DNA of 63,453 nt, counting the filler, from Octopus bimaculoides (Eukaryota): the NCBI RefSeq assembly GCF_001194135.2. It is 7 parts of 6 records of this genome, joined end to end, with 100 filler letters (N's around TTAATTAATTAA, not from the genome) between each part and the next. Parts side by side here need not be neighbours in the genome. Positions count along the whole stretch, not along the records: positions 1 to 20,182 come from NC_068998.1; 6 more parts are not named here. One strand, given 5' to 3'. The notes under the pieces are model-generated. The model did no database searches and was not told where the DNA came from. It saw nothing but the letters and a program-made list of their open reading frames with translations. Each line of letters opens with the position of its first letter. Position 1 is the first letter of the stretch. Shown piece by piece: positions 1 to 14,210 of the stretch. The translations under genes were made by a program, and so were the position numbers.

Positions 1-225
1 ATATGTATGTATGTGTGTTTGTGTGTCTGTGTTTATCCCCCCACCATCGTTTGACAGCTGATGCTGGTGTGTTTACGTCCCCCGTAGCTTAGCAGTTCGG
101 CAAAAAGAGACTGGTAGAATAAGTACCAGGATTACAAAGAATAAGTCCTGGGGTCGATTTTCTTGACTTAAGGCGATGCTCCAGCATGGCCGTAGTCAAA
201 AGACTGAAACAAGTAAAAGAGAGTA
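1..225 (+). mobile_element. SINE family A (tRNA-derived, CORE-type), 3' half
   Basis: Same sequence as the 3' halves of copies at 23812-24245, 40677-41050 and 59792-60295. Confidence 0.85.
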
Positions 226-3200
226 TGACATTAACCACACAGGCTGTCCACTGTAGGACAAACTGTCCAGACTGTGTAAATCTTGTTACTTGATGAAAAC
301 CAATATATAAAAAAAAAAAAGAAAATGAACTGAACATAACATGTTTCACTGTATGAAACAAACAGGTGCCCTCCCTATTTCACAGTTTACTGGTTGGCAC
401 AAGGAAGTTTCCAGTTGTGAAATTATTTCTCATGGTAAATAAATAAACAAATGCATACAATCATTGTCAAGTGAACATAAAAAGAAAATAAAGATCTCAC
501 TCTCCCCGCCACTGTCTCTAACTATCCTTCTCTCTCTCTCCAGCTCTTCATCTTCTCCCCCCCTCTCACTATCACTACATTTTCACACCTTAGTCACTAT
601 AATTTGCATTGTAACAAATCACCTACGCAATTGGGTAGATTTTATCATCTGTCTGTCACCAGGAATATGTCATACCTGACAAATCTTGAAACGCACTACA
701 TCTACAGTGTTATTATTATCAGGTGATCAGTGCTGTCATCATCATCATCATCATCATCATCATCGTCGTCATCATCTTCAACAACAATTTAGTGTCTACT
801 TTTCTTTGCTTGCATGCGCTGGACAGAGTTTACCGAAGCATATTTTTCTCTGGTTGGCTGCCCTTCCTACCACCAACCCTCCCCTGTTTCCAAGCAAGGT
901 AATATTTCTCTCATGGTCAGACATACTCCCACAGAATATTGGAAGTGGAAGTTACAATGACACTGGTTGTATAACAGTAACTCACATTGGACAACTATCA
1001 CCTGTTGTCAAGACAAGGAGACACAAGCATACACACACACACACATACATATATATATCTGTATATATATATTAGAAGGACTGCCAACATTAAAAGTGAT
1101 TCTATTTTTATTTTGTTGACACAGAAAATTGTTTTGTTCTCTTTATCACAACTCAGGCATTCCCANNNNNNNNNNNNNNNNNNNNNNNNNNNNNNNNNNN
1201 NNNNNNNNNNNNNNNNNNNNNNNNNNNNNNNNNNNNNNNNNNNNNNNNNNNNNNNNNNNNNNNNNNNNNNNNNNNNNNNNNNNNNNNNNNNNNNNNNNNN
1301 NNNNNNNNNNNNNNNNNNNNNNNNNNNNNNNNNNNNNNNNNNNNNNNNNNNNNNNNNNNNNNNNNNNNNNNNNNNNNNNNNNNNNNNNNNNNNNNNNNNN
1401 NNNNNNNNNNNNNNNNNATATATGTATATATAAAGGAGACCACTAGGTGAACTGTTAATGTGCTAGAAGAAGATCACATGTAATGTGTCTACTAAGACCG
1501 AATTGTTCTGAATCTCCCTGATTCTTTTAATGTGTTTGTTCCCTGGTATTAAATTGATATTAATTAATATCCAATTTTTTACCCTACTGTTTTAATTTAT
1601 GTATATATATATATGTGTGTGTGAGTGTGTGTGTGTATGTATATATGTATGTATGTAATGTTTTATGCTGCATTTTGTAGAGAAAGCATGCAGTTCTTAA
1701 GCTGAGAGTCATGAAGTGTACCTGTTATATGTAGCAAATAATGAGAGGAAGAGAAATAACAGTTGTAATGGAGATTTATTTCCATTGTTACAATGTAAGA
1801 CACTTCTCTGAGTTGTTGTTATACTCAGATACTATTTGCTGTTCTGTTATCCATTCTGTAGGTAGCTGGGTTCATCTTTTGTTGATTGCTAGGAGAACAA
1901 GTGAAAGAAAGAGAGAGAAAAAGAGTAAAAGGATTTACTTCTCTGTGTTGACCAGAAGAGAGGATGAAAGTCATCTGCTGGCCTTACAACAATCCATAAG
2001 GCGAAGGGATAAAAAGAGGTGTTCTTTGGCTAAGCATCAAATGATTAAAGAGAGAGAACAAATTTTCTGTATTCTGTATTTTTACATGTTGCAAATCTTG
2101 AGTGAATCAACTGGAACAACACCACGCATCCCTGTCAATTCTTTCAGTATAGCTCATTAATCATGCAGGATTATTACATTTCTCACATGTAACTGTGTTG
2201 GTTATCATGCGTCAGCATACAAGCCACTGAATCACCTTCTCAGTAGAGATCGTTGCTGGGTTTGATGCATTTGAACGGTGTTCCACAGCTGCTGTTTCTT
2301 AGAGACATATCATTACTAAAATGTACTAAAATGTACTAAAATTCTTGGTGTCAGTGGACGTAATGAGGGAATTCTTTATGTTCCTATTATGAAAATTTGA
2401 TACATCACTGGCATCACTTCTGGTTTCTATCACAATTTACTTTCATTTTTTTTAGAAGAATTTACATTCACTTTTTATGACAGCAAACTGCATGTTAACC
2501 TTTCATTGTTCTGAAGTATGATAAAATAAACACCAGCCAAATACTGAGGTTAATTTAACTGACATCAGTATTTGACGAGCAACAAAATAAATTAAGTACC
2601 AGTCAAATATTTTATTGCCCATTATAAAAATCTGTAACATGAAAAAAATTATGTTTATCTAGCAGTTACCAGAACACTAGAACACCAATACTTTTAAACA
2701 CTGTGGTCCTCTATATATCGTCTAACTATATTCTGCTTAATTACTACCATTAAACAATCCAAATATCAAATCTTTTTCCATTGTTCTCTCTTTCCTGGAT
2801 AAACATAATTCACTGTTTTTCTGAAGAAAGATATTAGAAGGACTGCCAACATTAAAAGTGATTCTATTTTTATTTTGTTGACACAGAAAATTGTTTTGTT
2901 CTCTTTATCACAACTCAGGCATTCCCAGTATGCAGAGCACTCCCTTTTGACAGTCATTCTGTGCTAACCACTTCACCCAGTCTTTGCTCTCCAAAACGTC
3001 ATCCAACTTGACCTCAGCAGGATTTAAAAACTCAGATCATAAAATGTCAGATGAAAATCCACTAAGTATTTTGTTTGACGAAAAGGAAAAAAGAAAAAAA
3101 GAAAAGAAAAAGCAGGGGGAAAAAACCCCCCAAAACAGGAAAAGAATTCGTAGTCTAAAAGTTTTGTGTAAATGTGATGAATTTCACCTGTCATTTTATT

Positions 3201-3669
3201 CATTCTTCCATTGCATGATGCTAGCAATTCACAAATGTATTTGTCCTCATTCATTTTGAGGAGTGAAAGTGTAGTAGAGTCAGAATATTTTCTGAGAATT
3301 TTCACTTTAAGGTGTTCGTTAAAATTACTGCTGTTTGATGTAAAATGTTCAGCAAGTTCCATCAAATTACTGCTCATTGTTGTTTACATTGAGCACCTCA
3401 TATACAAAACATTGTAACAAAATCAGTGCTGGCTATAATTTCAAAACATAATCTGTAGAGATAACTTTAAGTGATGTTATAGCACTGCTAACACAGCAGA
3501 ACACACATATGTCATAGAAACTGGGAAACCGGGCCCATGAGCCTGGCTAGGCTTTGAAAGGACGACGTTTATCGTTTTTTTTAAATAAATTGTAATGAAA
3601 CAATAGTAGAATGTAAAGAATATTTTATATAAAATAAAAAGAATGTGAAGATCATTTATAATAAAATGA

Positions 3670-3699
<30 letters not shown>

Positions 3700-3705
<6 letters not shown>

Positions 3706-4024
3706 CATTATTATTATCATTTTCTGAAACACTTTCACTCGCACTTGATTCCTGCACACCATCACTCTTAGATGCGATCGCCGATTCAGAAGTACTCGTA
3801 GACGGACTTGTAGATTTCTTTTTAAAAAAACAAAAGTTTGGAGCTGTTTGCTTAGAAGAAACTTTTTTCACTCTCTATAAGTTTCTCGGTAACACGCAGA
3901 AGCATTTGTTATGGTAATAGAAACTTTTGAAATTCGTTCAAAATTTGGATTTTGTGTTTGAAAAATTAAACTCGTAAACCCGGAGTCTCGTAAAGCGAGT
4001 CCTCGTAAAGTGAGGTATCACTGT
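3700..4024 (-). mobile_element. pogo/Tigger-like transposon remnant
   Basis: Ends in gaggtatcactg+TA (Tigger-type TIR); the minus frame resembles the low-complexity transposase tail (KQT...FFKK). Confidence 0.55.
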
Positions 4025-4134
4025 ACTAGAAACTCATAGTCAATGGCCGAGCCTTATTGATTGCAAGGGAGAGAAGCCTTGCTAGCAAACTGCCTGTCGT
4101 TATTTTTATTTTTTATTTTGTTATTTTTTAAAAT

Positions 4135-4488
4135 CTTTATCTTTCATCTTGTTTCACTCATAAAACTGCGGCCATGCTGGAACAAATCGAACCCGGTACT
4201 TATGTTTCAAAGCCTGCTACCTATTGTATCACTCTCTTTTTGCTGAACCGCTAAGTTATGAGGGCGTAAACACACGAACACCCGCTGTTAAGCGGAGGTG
4301 GAGGACACACATACACACAAACATGATGGGCTTCTTTCAGTTTCTGTCTACTAGATCCACTCACAAGGCTTTGGGTGTCCCGAAGCTAGCTATAGTCGTG
4401 GGCACTTTTCCCAGGTGGCACATCGCAGGACTGAACTCGGAACCATGTAGTCGGGAAGCAAACTTTTTATCACGCAACTACACCTGCA
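4135..4488 (-). mobile_element. SINE family A, near full length
   Basis: Reverse complement of the family A consensus seen elsewhere in the window. Confidence 0.85.
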
Positions 4489-7409
4489 CTCTTCTCATAA
4501 AATAATTACAAACCACCATATTTCTTTTCCTGTATTAATATCTTACGATTAATGTAGAAAAAAAACCCACGATGTTTTCTTATTAATCTATAAAGAGAAG
4601 ACACAACAGAACTTTGTAGCAAGGCTTCTCTCCCTTACAATGAATAAAGATTATGAACAGTTAATGCGAAATGATAATAATTATAGTAATGTAATCGATT
4701 TCTTACGGTGCAGTCGTAGGCTACAGCGAGACTTTCTGCATTACGCGCCAAATGGAAAATTACCTTCATGCGGCTCAGTTCTCGCAAATGGTTGCTCGTG
4801 CTTGTTATATAGGCACAGGGCTCCAAATTTTGGCTAAGAGTGCAGTCGATTATGCCTACCCTCGTACTTGGATAATATTTTATTTTAATCAACACCGAAA
4901 TAATGTAAAGCAATGTTGACCTAAGCAGGATTGAACTAAGCATACATAAGGTCACACATTTTTTCCGACGAGTGAAGAGTGAAGTTAATTAGCTTGCTAA
5001 AAAGGATTATCTTCAATGCAAGTTCCCAAAGCAGAGGATATAGATACAAACAAATCTCCTTAGTATGTTCTAATATTTTGTTGTTGTCAGTGGGGGAGTC
5101 CCCATAGCTTTATCGGAATATTAGGAAACCGCTCTTTATGGTCGTGGGAACATTAAGGAATCACTGGCCCTAATGGAGTGCTCTCCCTTTATTTTCCCCT
5201 ATAAGTATGTCGAGTTAAGTCCAAGTGAAGGCCTTACTTCAACATACACAAACCAACGAAAGATATCTTGAACTGGTAGTATTGTTTATGTGAATGTGCA
5301 CAGATACCAGCAAGGCTAAGGTCAGCTCAGAGAATGAGAGGCGTTCATTAATCACTGATGGTGAAGAAGTTCTGGAAGTAAAAGTGAAGTGTTTTTCTCA
5401 GTGCTTATGACTGAAGCAGTAATGTATTTAGAGGCATGGGCACATTAGGCAGCTGTCCAGGAGCCCCACAAGTTTATGGGTCCAATTCTGAATGTTGTGG
5501 TTTGCTGTTGATAAATAAATACTACAGCACAAACTGAAGGACTTCTGCAATAAGTGTGTGAATCTGGGAGGGGAATATGTTGAATAAAATCATAATTAAC
5601 TGATTCTCCTGTAGTTTCTTTTACATAAGGCCAGGAACTTTTCAGCATCCTTTCGTAAATTATACGTTGCTGACATTGCTTAGAGTATGAGCTATATCAT
5701 TCTAGTATTGTACCCTGAGCTAGGAGAGCTGATCGGTTGACAGTTAAGTGCAGTGTTAGAAATAAAATAAACTTAACTATCATCCAAGAGATAGGCAACT
5801 TTTCGTCATCTGGGGGCCCACATTGTACCGTTTTTCTTCTTTTTTTTTTTACTTACCACACAACCACTCCTGTGCCTTGTTTGTTTATATTTATATTTTA
5901 TGTTCCTCCCACCACTAAAAAATCTCATAAATCAGCCATCTTAGCTGAAGCAATTTTGAAAAATCAGAAAGCAAAAGTGAAAAATAGGCCTTCCTGTAAT
6001 TGATTTCAAATTTTGGCACAAGTCCAGCAATTTCATGGGAAGAGATAATTCGATTGCATTGAACCCCATTGCTCAACCTGTACTATTTTGATTGGCTCCA
6101 AAAAGATGAAAGCAAAATTGACTTAGAACTCAGACTGTAAAGATGGATGAAATGCCCCAAAGCACTTCACCCAGTTTGCTAATGTTTCTGCTAGTTCACC
6201 ACCTTTAAGCCTTTGTGTAATTAATACATATTTTTTTAGGTCTGTCCTGAGCCCCAGGACTCCCAACAAAGGCCGATGATTTATTCAGGTTCCACAGCAT
6301 AGAACTGACTGGATGGGATACCAGGCCATTGCTGAGTTAGCTTCCCAACAGTTTCTATGACAGACACACATTTATAGTTGAGTGGATTGGATTAATGTGA
6401 AATGAAATGCATTGCCCCAAGAACATGGATACATCCACATGGCCTGCTCTGAGAATCAAAGCCATGACCTTACAGTCACACCTGAATAACAAGTCCATGC
6501 ACTTATACAGTTTATACATCTGCTCTTTGCTAACAACAGTTGCACTCCATGATCTCTTGCCCTAAATATTTCATTCAGTTCTGTCATTGATCTACATACT
6601 TATTTATGTAACAGACGTTTTTGCAGACAAAGATACAATATTTATTGTTCATTTTCCACAAATTTCTTCCCGAGTCCTATTGAGTCTGTGTGCTTTGAGC
6701 TTCGTCATCAAGATGTTTTGTATATATGTTCTGCGCATAAACATTGAGTGGAAAACTTCTCATTTTTATTCTGTGAGTGTTATGTGCAGTTCTCTACCTT
6801 TTTTTCTCACTTTGTTATATTTATTGTAACAATCTTTCCTACGATAGGCACCAGGCCTGAAATTTTAAGGGCAGTAGGCTAGTCAATTACATTTAATTCA
6901 TTAACCCATAAGAGGTTGAAAAGCAAAATCAACCTCAGCAGAATTTGAACTTAGAGCATTATGTCCTGTATGCCAACACCTCTATCAACTCACTACCTTT
7001 ATATTTACTGTAATAATGGTTCTCCCAGGTGTTGATTCTTGTAGAGACTGTCTGTTGCTTAATGCCAGTCATTCTTTTATTTATTTCTCATGTTCTGTCT
7101 TTCCTTCTTCAACTTATTTTATCTGCTATAAGTGTGGTGTACCTTGAGAAATTTCAGATATCAACATTCTAAAGATCAGTTGTTTCCACCTATAGCAGGT
7201 AATTGAATATATTGGTTTTATTCTAGTTGACAACTACTAAAGTTTGTTTAGCTTTCTGCTCCACTTTGTGTGTATGATGGAAGGCGAAATATTGATGAGA
7301 CATGAAAAAATTCTCAATGGAATTATATAGATCTTTGACAAAGGAGAATTGGCAAGGAATTTAAATTTTGGCACTGTGACCAGAAAGACCATATATATAT
7401 ATGTGTGTG

Positions 7410-7466
<57 letters not shown>

Positions 7467-7467
<1 letters not shown>

Positions 7468-7715
7468 GAGGCGCGTGGCTTAGTGGTTAAGGTGTCAGCA
7501 TCATGAGCATAAGATTGTGGTTTCGATTCCTGGACTGGGTGACATGTGTTCTTGAGCAAAACACTTTATTTCACGTTGCTCCAGTCAACTCAGCTGGCAG
7601 AAATGAGTAATGCTGCGATAGACTGGCGTCCTGTCCAGCTGGGGGACACATACGCCATTGAAACTGGAAAACTGGGCCCATGAGCCTGGCTAGGCTTTAA
7701 AAGGGCACATTTATT
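7467..7715 (+). mobile_element. tRNA-derived SINE family B; 3' fragment at 3490-3570, related copy at 53720-54030
   Basis: A-box and B-box-like head ggcttagtggttaagg...gtttcgattcc, body cttgagcaaaacactttatttcacgttgctccag, shared tail gggcccatgagcctggctaggcttt. Confidence 0.8.
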
Positions 7716-7734
7716 TTTATTATATATATATATC

Positions 7735-7993
7735 ATCATCATCATCATCATCGTTTAACGTCCGCCTTCCATGCTAGCATGGGTTGGACGGTTTGACTGA
7801 GGACTGGTGAAACCGGATGGCAACACCAGGCTCCAATCTAATTTGGCAGAGTTTCTACAGCTGGATGCCCTTCCTAACGCCAACCACTCAGAGAGTGTAG
7901 TGGGTGCTTTTACGTGTCACCCGCACGAAAACGGCCACGCTCGAAATGGTGTCTTTTATGTGCCACCCGCACAAGAGCCAGTCCAGGGGCACT
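7735..7993 (-). mobile_element. Repeat family C (ggaagggcatccagctgtagaaac...gttaaacgatgatgat), RTE-associated SINE/3' module
   Basis: More than 10 copies in the window: 26420-26600+, 27570-27830-, 28930-29110+, 32350-32520-, 35540-35660-, 38200-38470+, 44340-44520+, 46640-46890+, 49210-49400-, 54220-54420-, 55190-55265+. (GAT)n tail; several copies lie next to RTE 3' fragments. Confidence 0.85.
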
Positions 7994-8601
7994 NNNNNNN
8001 NNNNNNNNNNNNNNNNNNNNNNNNNNNNNNNNNNNNNNNNNNNNNNNNNNNNNNNNNNNNNNNNNNNNNNNNNNNNNNNNNNNNNNNNNNNNNNNNNNNN
8101 NNNNNNNNNNNNNNNNNNNNNNNNNNNNNNNNNNNNNNNNNNNNNNNNNNNNNNNNNNNNNNNNNNNNNNNNNNNNNNNNNNNNNNNNNNNNNNNNNNNN
8201 NNNNNNNNNNNNNNNNNNNNNNNNNNNNNNNNNNNNNNNNNNNNNNNNNNNNNNNNNNNNNNNNNNNNNNNNNNNNNNNNNNNNNNNNNNNNNNNNNNNN
8301 NNNNNNNNNNNNNNNNNNNNNNNNNNNNNNNNNNNNNNNNNNNNNNNNNNNNNNNNNNNNNNNNNNNNNNNNNNNNNNNNNNNNNNNNNNNNNNNNNNNN
8401 NNNNNNNNNNNNNNNNNNNNNNNNNNNNNNNNNNNNNNNNNNNNNNNNNNNNNNNNNNNNNNNNNNNNNNNNNNNNNNNNNNNNNNNNNNNNNNNNNNNN
8501 NNNNNNNNNNNNNNNNNNNNNNNNNNNNNNNNNNNNNNNNNNNNNNNNNNNNNNNNNNNNNNNNNNNNNNNNNNNNNNATCCATAATTTAACAAAATTGT
8601 G

Positions 8602-8985
8602 TGGAGGCGCAATGGCCCAGTGGTTAGGGCAGCGGACTCGCGGTCGTAGGATCACGGTTTCGATTCCCAGACCGGGCATTGTGAGTGTTTATTGAGCAAA
8701 AACACTCAAAGTTCCACAAGGCTCTGGCAGGGGATGTTGGTGAACCCTGCTGTACTCTCTCACTCTTACTTCCTGTTTCTGTTGTGCCTGTAATTCAAAG
8801 GGCCAGCCTTGTCACACTCTGTGTCACGCTGAATCTCCTCGAGAACTACGTTAAGGGTACACGTGTCTGTGGAGTGCTCGGCCACTTGCACGTTAATTTC
8901 ACGAGCAGGCTGTTCCGTTGATCGGATCAACTAGAACCCTCGTCGTCGTAACTGACAGAGTCCCAACCAACCAACCAACCAACCA
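8602..8985 (+). mobile_element. tRNA-derived SINE, distinct family, ending in (CCAA)n
   Basis: tRNA-like head ggcgcaatggcccagtggttagggcagcggactc...gtttcgattccc, GC-rich body, simple-repeat tail. Confidence 0.8.
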
Positions 8986-9384
8986 ACAAAATTGCAATGG
9001 AACCCCCACCCCCGCCGCCCCCAAATAAACATACAAAACAAACAAAAAACAAATGAAGGAAAGAAACAGAACAAAGACAGGTGTATGATCCATGCAGCAT
9101 AGGCTTGCTTTCATTTTATTGCTAGACTAGGTTTTGTTCCAGATATTGGTCATCAGACATTCGACCAACTAAACTCACGGATCCCAGAAAAACTGGATGC
9201 AGCTTGTTCAGCAACACATACTCTGTGACGTAATACGTACATTGACAATATCCATATTGATATGTAATAGAAGGGCACCAACTGAAAGGGTGTTGCAACT
9301 GACAAACAGTAGCGGCAGTAGTAATACTGCTATCACTCCTACCGACTACTGCTTACTACAACTATTAACAGTGATGAGGATGAG

Positions 9385-10145
<761 letters not shown>

Positions 10146-10370
10146 ATTTCATAAATAGGCACAAGACCTCAAGTTTTGGGAAAGGGAACAAACAGTCGAT
10201 CATATCGACCCCAGTATTTGATTGGTACTTGATTTTATCGACCCTGGAAGGATGAAAGGTAAAGTTGACCTTGGCGAGAATTGTACTCAGAATGTAAAGG
10301 GCCAAAGCTGAAGGCCACAAGGCTGTTTTTATTTGACGCTTTACTGATTCTGACAATTGACCACCCTCAA

Positions 10371-10434
<64 letters not shown>

Positions 10435-10769
10435 TGATGATGATGATAATGATGATAATAATAATAATAATAGTAATGGTAATGATAGTGTTCACTAATG
10501 TCTGACAAGAAATTCCATACAGATACTTTTGCAGACACACACATACATTGAATGTATCTGGAAACAATTATTTTAAATGAACAACTGTATAACATCTTGA
10601 GTCAAGATGTCTAAAATATGAAAAAAAAATAATAAAAAAAAAGGAAAAAAAAAAGTTCACCAATGTCAATGTATAATATACAAAGAGAATAACATTTTTG
10701 TCTTTAATGCATTCAACTGTTTTGTTTGTGAATTACTGTCTTACAGGAGAGAATATATGTATGTATGCA

Positions 10770-10810
<41 letters not shown>

Positions 10811-13800
10811 CCTTGAACAAAGTGAGTCTTTATGGATAATAGTTTAGAAAGATAAATGAAGAAGGTTTAGGTAGCAGACAAGTTCTAAAAACAAAGACCC
10901 CTTTCCCTTCTCCTATGACCCCTATCCCTTCCCTTCCAGTCCTAATGACTAAAAATCTAACTACAACTGTTCATATGGCTCCTTATGTAGTTACATAAAC
11001 ATTCAGTGTTCACTAAAGCTACCCACGAAGGAGGAGGCTTTTTAAAAGGTAGAGGTGCTTAGCTCTGGGACATTCATGGCAGTATGCTGATGGGAAATAT
11101 ATCTCCTTCTTCCCACCTGGATACAATGGCAATTAATCCCAGGTAACCTGATACTTATTTCCTTCTGGCAGTTAGGTAGGTGAACTGAGGCAATTGAGAA
11201 TTAAGTGTACTGTCCCAAAACACTATGATATGTCTGCAGTAGGTTTTGAACCTTTAGTGGGTATTTCAGTACTAAACCCACCGAGCCATTTTTTAATTTT
11301 TTTTTCTTTTTTCACTTCAACTTTGTAAAGTTAGTTAGATCATAGAGTGCTGAAAATATTGTTCCCTCCCCGAAAAGATAAGCAACTGTTAAACAAAGGC
11401 AATTTCTCTTGGTTTTTTTTTTTTGTTTTAAATGTAAATATATGTAAGTATAAATTAATTAATTAATTAATTAATTAAAAAAAACAACAAATAAAAAAAA
11501 ACAGTTAACATTATAATACGCATCTCTAGGTGGATTAGAAATTTTTCTTTTTCATGTGAGGTTTTTGTCAAACGTCCATGAAAGGATTAGAAATTGTCAA
11601 CAAGACAGGGTAATCTTTCGTAATAACTACATTAGAAATGTTTAATTGTTTAAAATATAGGCATACTCTTTTTTATTTTTTTCAAATTGAGACAAAAAAA
11701 AAAAAGACGATATGTCATGTTTGATATGTCATTTAAATAAGCAGTTTTTTTTGTCCACAAGATAGAAATGTCAAAACTCTGTTGACATTTTTTCTGTTTT
11801 CTATTTTTTTTTTTTAAATTTTCTTTTGCCTTTTTTCTTGTTGTTTTTCTTTTTTAGAAAGGAAGAATGAAAATATAATATTAATTTGAAATAGAACTGA
11901 ATTTTTTCACAATTTTTTTTCCTCTTTTTAAAATACGAACCAAGACATATATTTATTCATAATAATAATAATAATAATAATAATGATAATAATANNNNNN
12001 NNNNNNNNNNNNNNNNNNNNNNNNNNNNNNNNNNNNNNNNNNNNNNNNNNNNNNNNNNNNNNNNNNNNNNNNNNNNNNNNNNNNNNNNNNNNNNNNNNNN
12101 NNNNNNNNNNNNNNNNNNNNNNNNNNNNNNNNNNNNNNNNNNNNNNNNNNNNNNNNNNNNNNNNNNNNNNNNNNNNNNNNNNNNNNNNNNNNNNNNNNNN
12201 NNNNNNNNNNNNNNNNNNNNNNNNNNNNNNNNNNNNNNNNNNNNNNNNNNNNNNNNNNNNNNNNNNNNNNNNNNNNNNNNNNNNNNNNNNNNNNNNNNNN
12301 NNNNNNNNNNNNNNNNNNNNNNNNNNNNNNNNNNNNNNNNNNNNNNNNNNNNNNNNNNNNNNNNNNNNNNNNNNNNNNNNNNNNNNNNNNNNNNNNNNNN
12401 NNNNNNNNNNNNNNNNNNNNNNNNNNNNNNNNNNNNNNNNNNNNNNNNNNNNNNNNNNNNNNNNNNNNNNNNNNNNNNNNNNNNNNNNNNNNNNNNNNNN
12501 NNNNNNNNNNNNNNNNNNNNNNNNNNNNNNNNNNNNNNNNNNNNNNNNNNNNNNNNNNNNNNNNNNNNNNNNNNNNNNNNNNNNNNNNNNNNNNNNNNNN
12601 NNNNNNNNNNNNNNNNNNNNNNNNNNNNNNNNNNNNNNNNNNNNNNNNNNNNNNNNNNNNNNNNNGTATCAGGAAACAAAAGAAAGATGGAAATGTAGTT
12701 GAACATAATTATTGACCTACATTTTAATTATCATTCCCCTAAAAAGCAAGTCCTAAACTGTTTCTTTGTTATGCAGTTAAGTTGATTTTTGATAAAAGCT
12801 TTTAATTACAAAAAAAAAAAAATGTAAAAAGCAAAAAAAAAAAAAAAATAAGGGAATTGCTACAACAACCAAAATTTTAAGATTAGAAAATAATGAAAAA
12901 AATAAAATAAAATAAAATAAAATATAGCAATGTAGTAAAAGTCTAGTTAAAGCATAATGTTCTGTAAATGATTAGTTCTCGACAAGTAACATTCATATTC
13001 TATAAATGACATAAAAAAACTAAAGCAGGCACTTTTGTAATCAAGGAATATTGGTAACAGTCAGAAATGATAAGTTACAGAGATGTGCAGCAGCTCAATT
13101 GATATTTGTCGCAATACCTAGTGCAGATATGATGTTTCAAGTCAAATCAACAATTTTCACACACCAATCACTTTAAGGTCATCACAGTTTATTTATATTT
13201 GTTTAATTTTTTTTTTATCTTCGTTTGTTTTTAATGAAATTGAAAAAAGAAATTTTGTCAAATATCTGCTCAATTTATCAGACATCATAAGTGGTTCCTC
13301 ATCCATGTGGCAATTCCAGCTGACTAAAAGAATGGTGAAAACAATGCAAATATCAGGTGAAATAAAATGTATATTTTGGTTTTGTTTTATATTTTTGGAG
13401 TAATTTGCTGCCATTAACGAGCTACTTTTAGTAGGTAGTATGTTGTCTTGTAGCCACTGACTCACATGGTGAATAAGCAGTTTATTGATTGATAAAATCT
13501 GGCAAGAGATTAAATTTGTGTAGGCATAAAATCTTCTATTAAGGACGGTCAACAGTTAACAGCACACATTGAACGGATGGACGGAGACAAAGCTGTGTGG
13601 TTGGAATCAGAACCAAAATTCTCAGCCTACTTCTTGGCTGCTATACATAATACAACTGAATTAAGGTATCAATTCTAGTCACACAGCTGCAACAGCTAAA
13701 AGAAACACTGACTGTACAAAACTTCTTAAAAGGAACAAAATGTTATATTATTAAATCTGTGGTTTTAGAAGTAGTTACAATGATAATAATAATAATTATT

Positions 13801-14145
13801 AGTGTTGTGTTTTTATATCATTATTATTATTATCATTTTCTTTTTGTTTTTTGATATTCATAATAAATGGGGAATAGTAAAATTGCCGTATGAGTTTGAA
13901 AGATGTGGGTAGAAGGGAAACGATTGAAGTAGGGAGAAACAAAAACAACTTTATACAACTGACATAAAACTCAACACAAACTCTCTCCGTTTAATATATA
14001 TAATTTGAGTTTGTGTCGGGCAAAAAATAAAAACTGAATAATCACACATACATAAGAGCATATACACGCATACACATACATACGCAAAATTCCTCTCACA
14101 CAAAAGATCATATATATACATATATATATAAAAATACATGTATGG

Positions 14146-14210
<65 letters not shown>

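Noticed and set aside
1069-1165. 97-bp exact direct repeat of 2831-2927
   Set aside because: Ends exactly at an N-gap and is 100% identical; most likely a duplicated contig end.
9140-9175. CTGATGA on the minus strand as a possible third hammerhead
   Set aside because: No GAAA after the short stem and no stem I/III partner.
13514-13665. Exon-like open frame IKSSIKDGQQLTAHIERMDGDKAVWLESEPKFSAYFLAAIHNTTEL with AG/GT ends
   Set aside because: No recognisable similarity to GCN2 or other families, weak pyrimidine tract; not supportable without RNA data.
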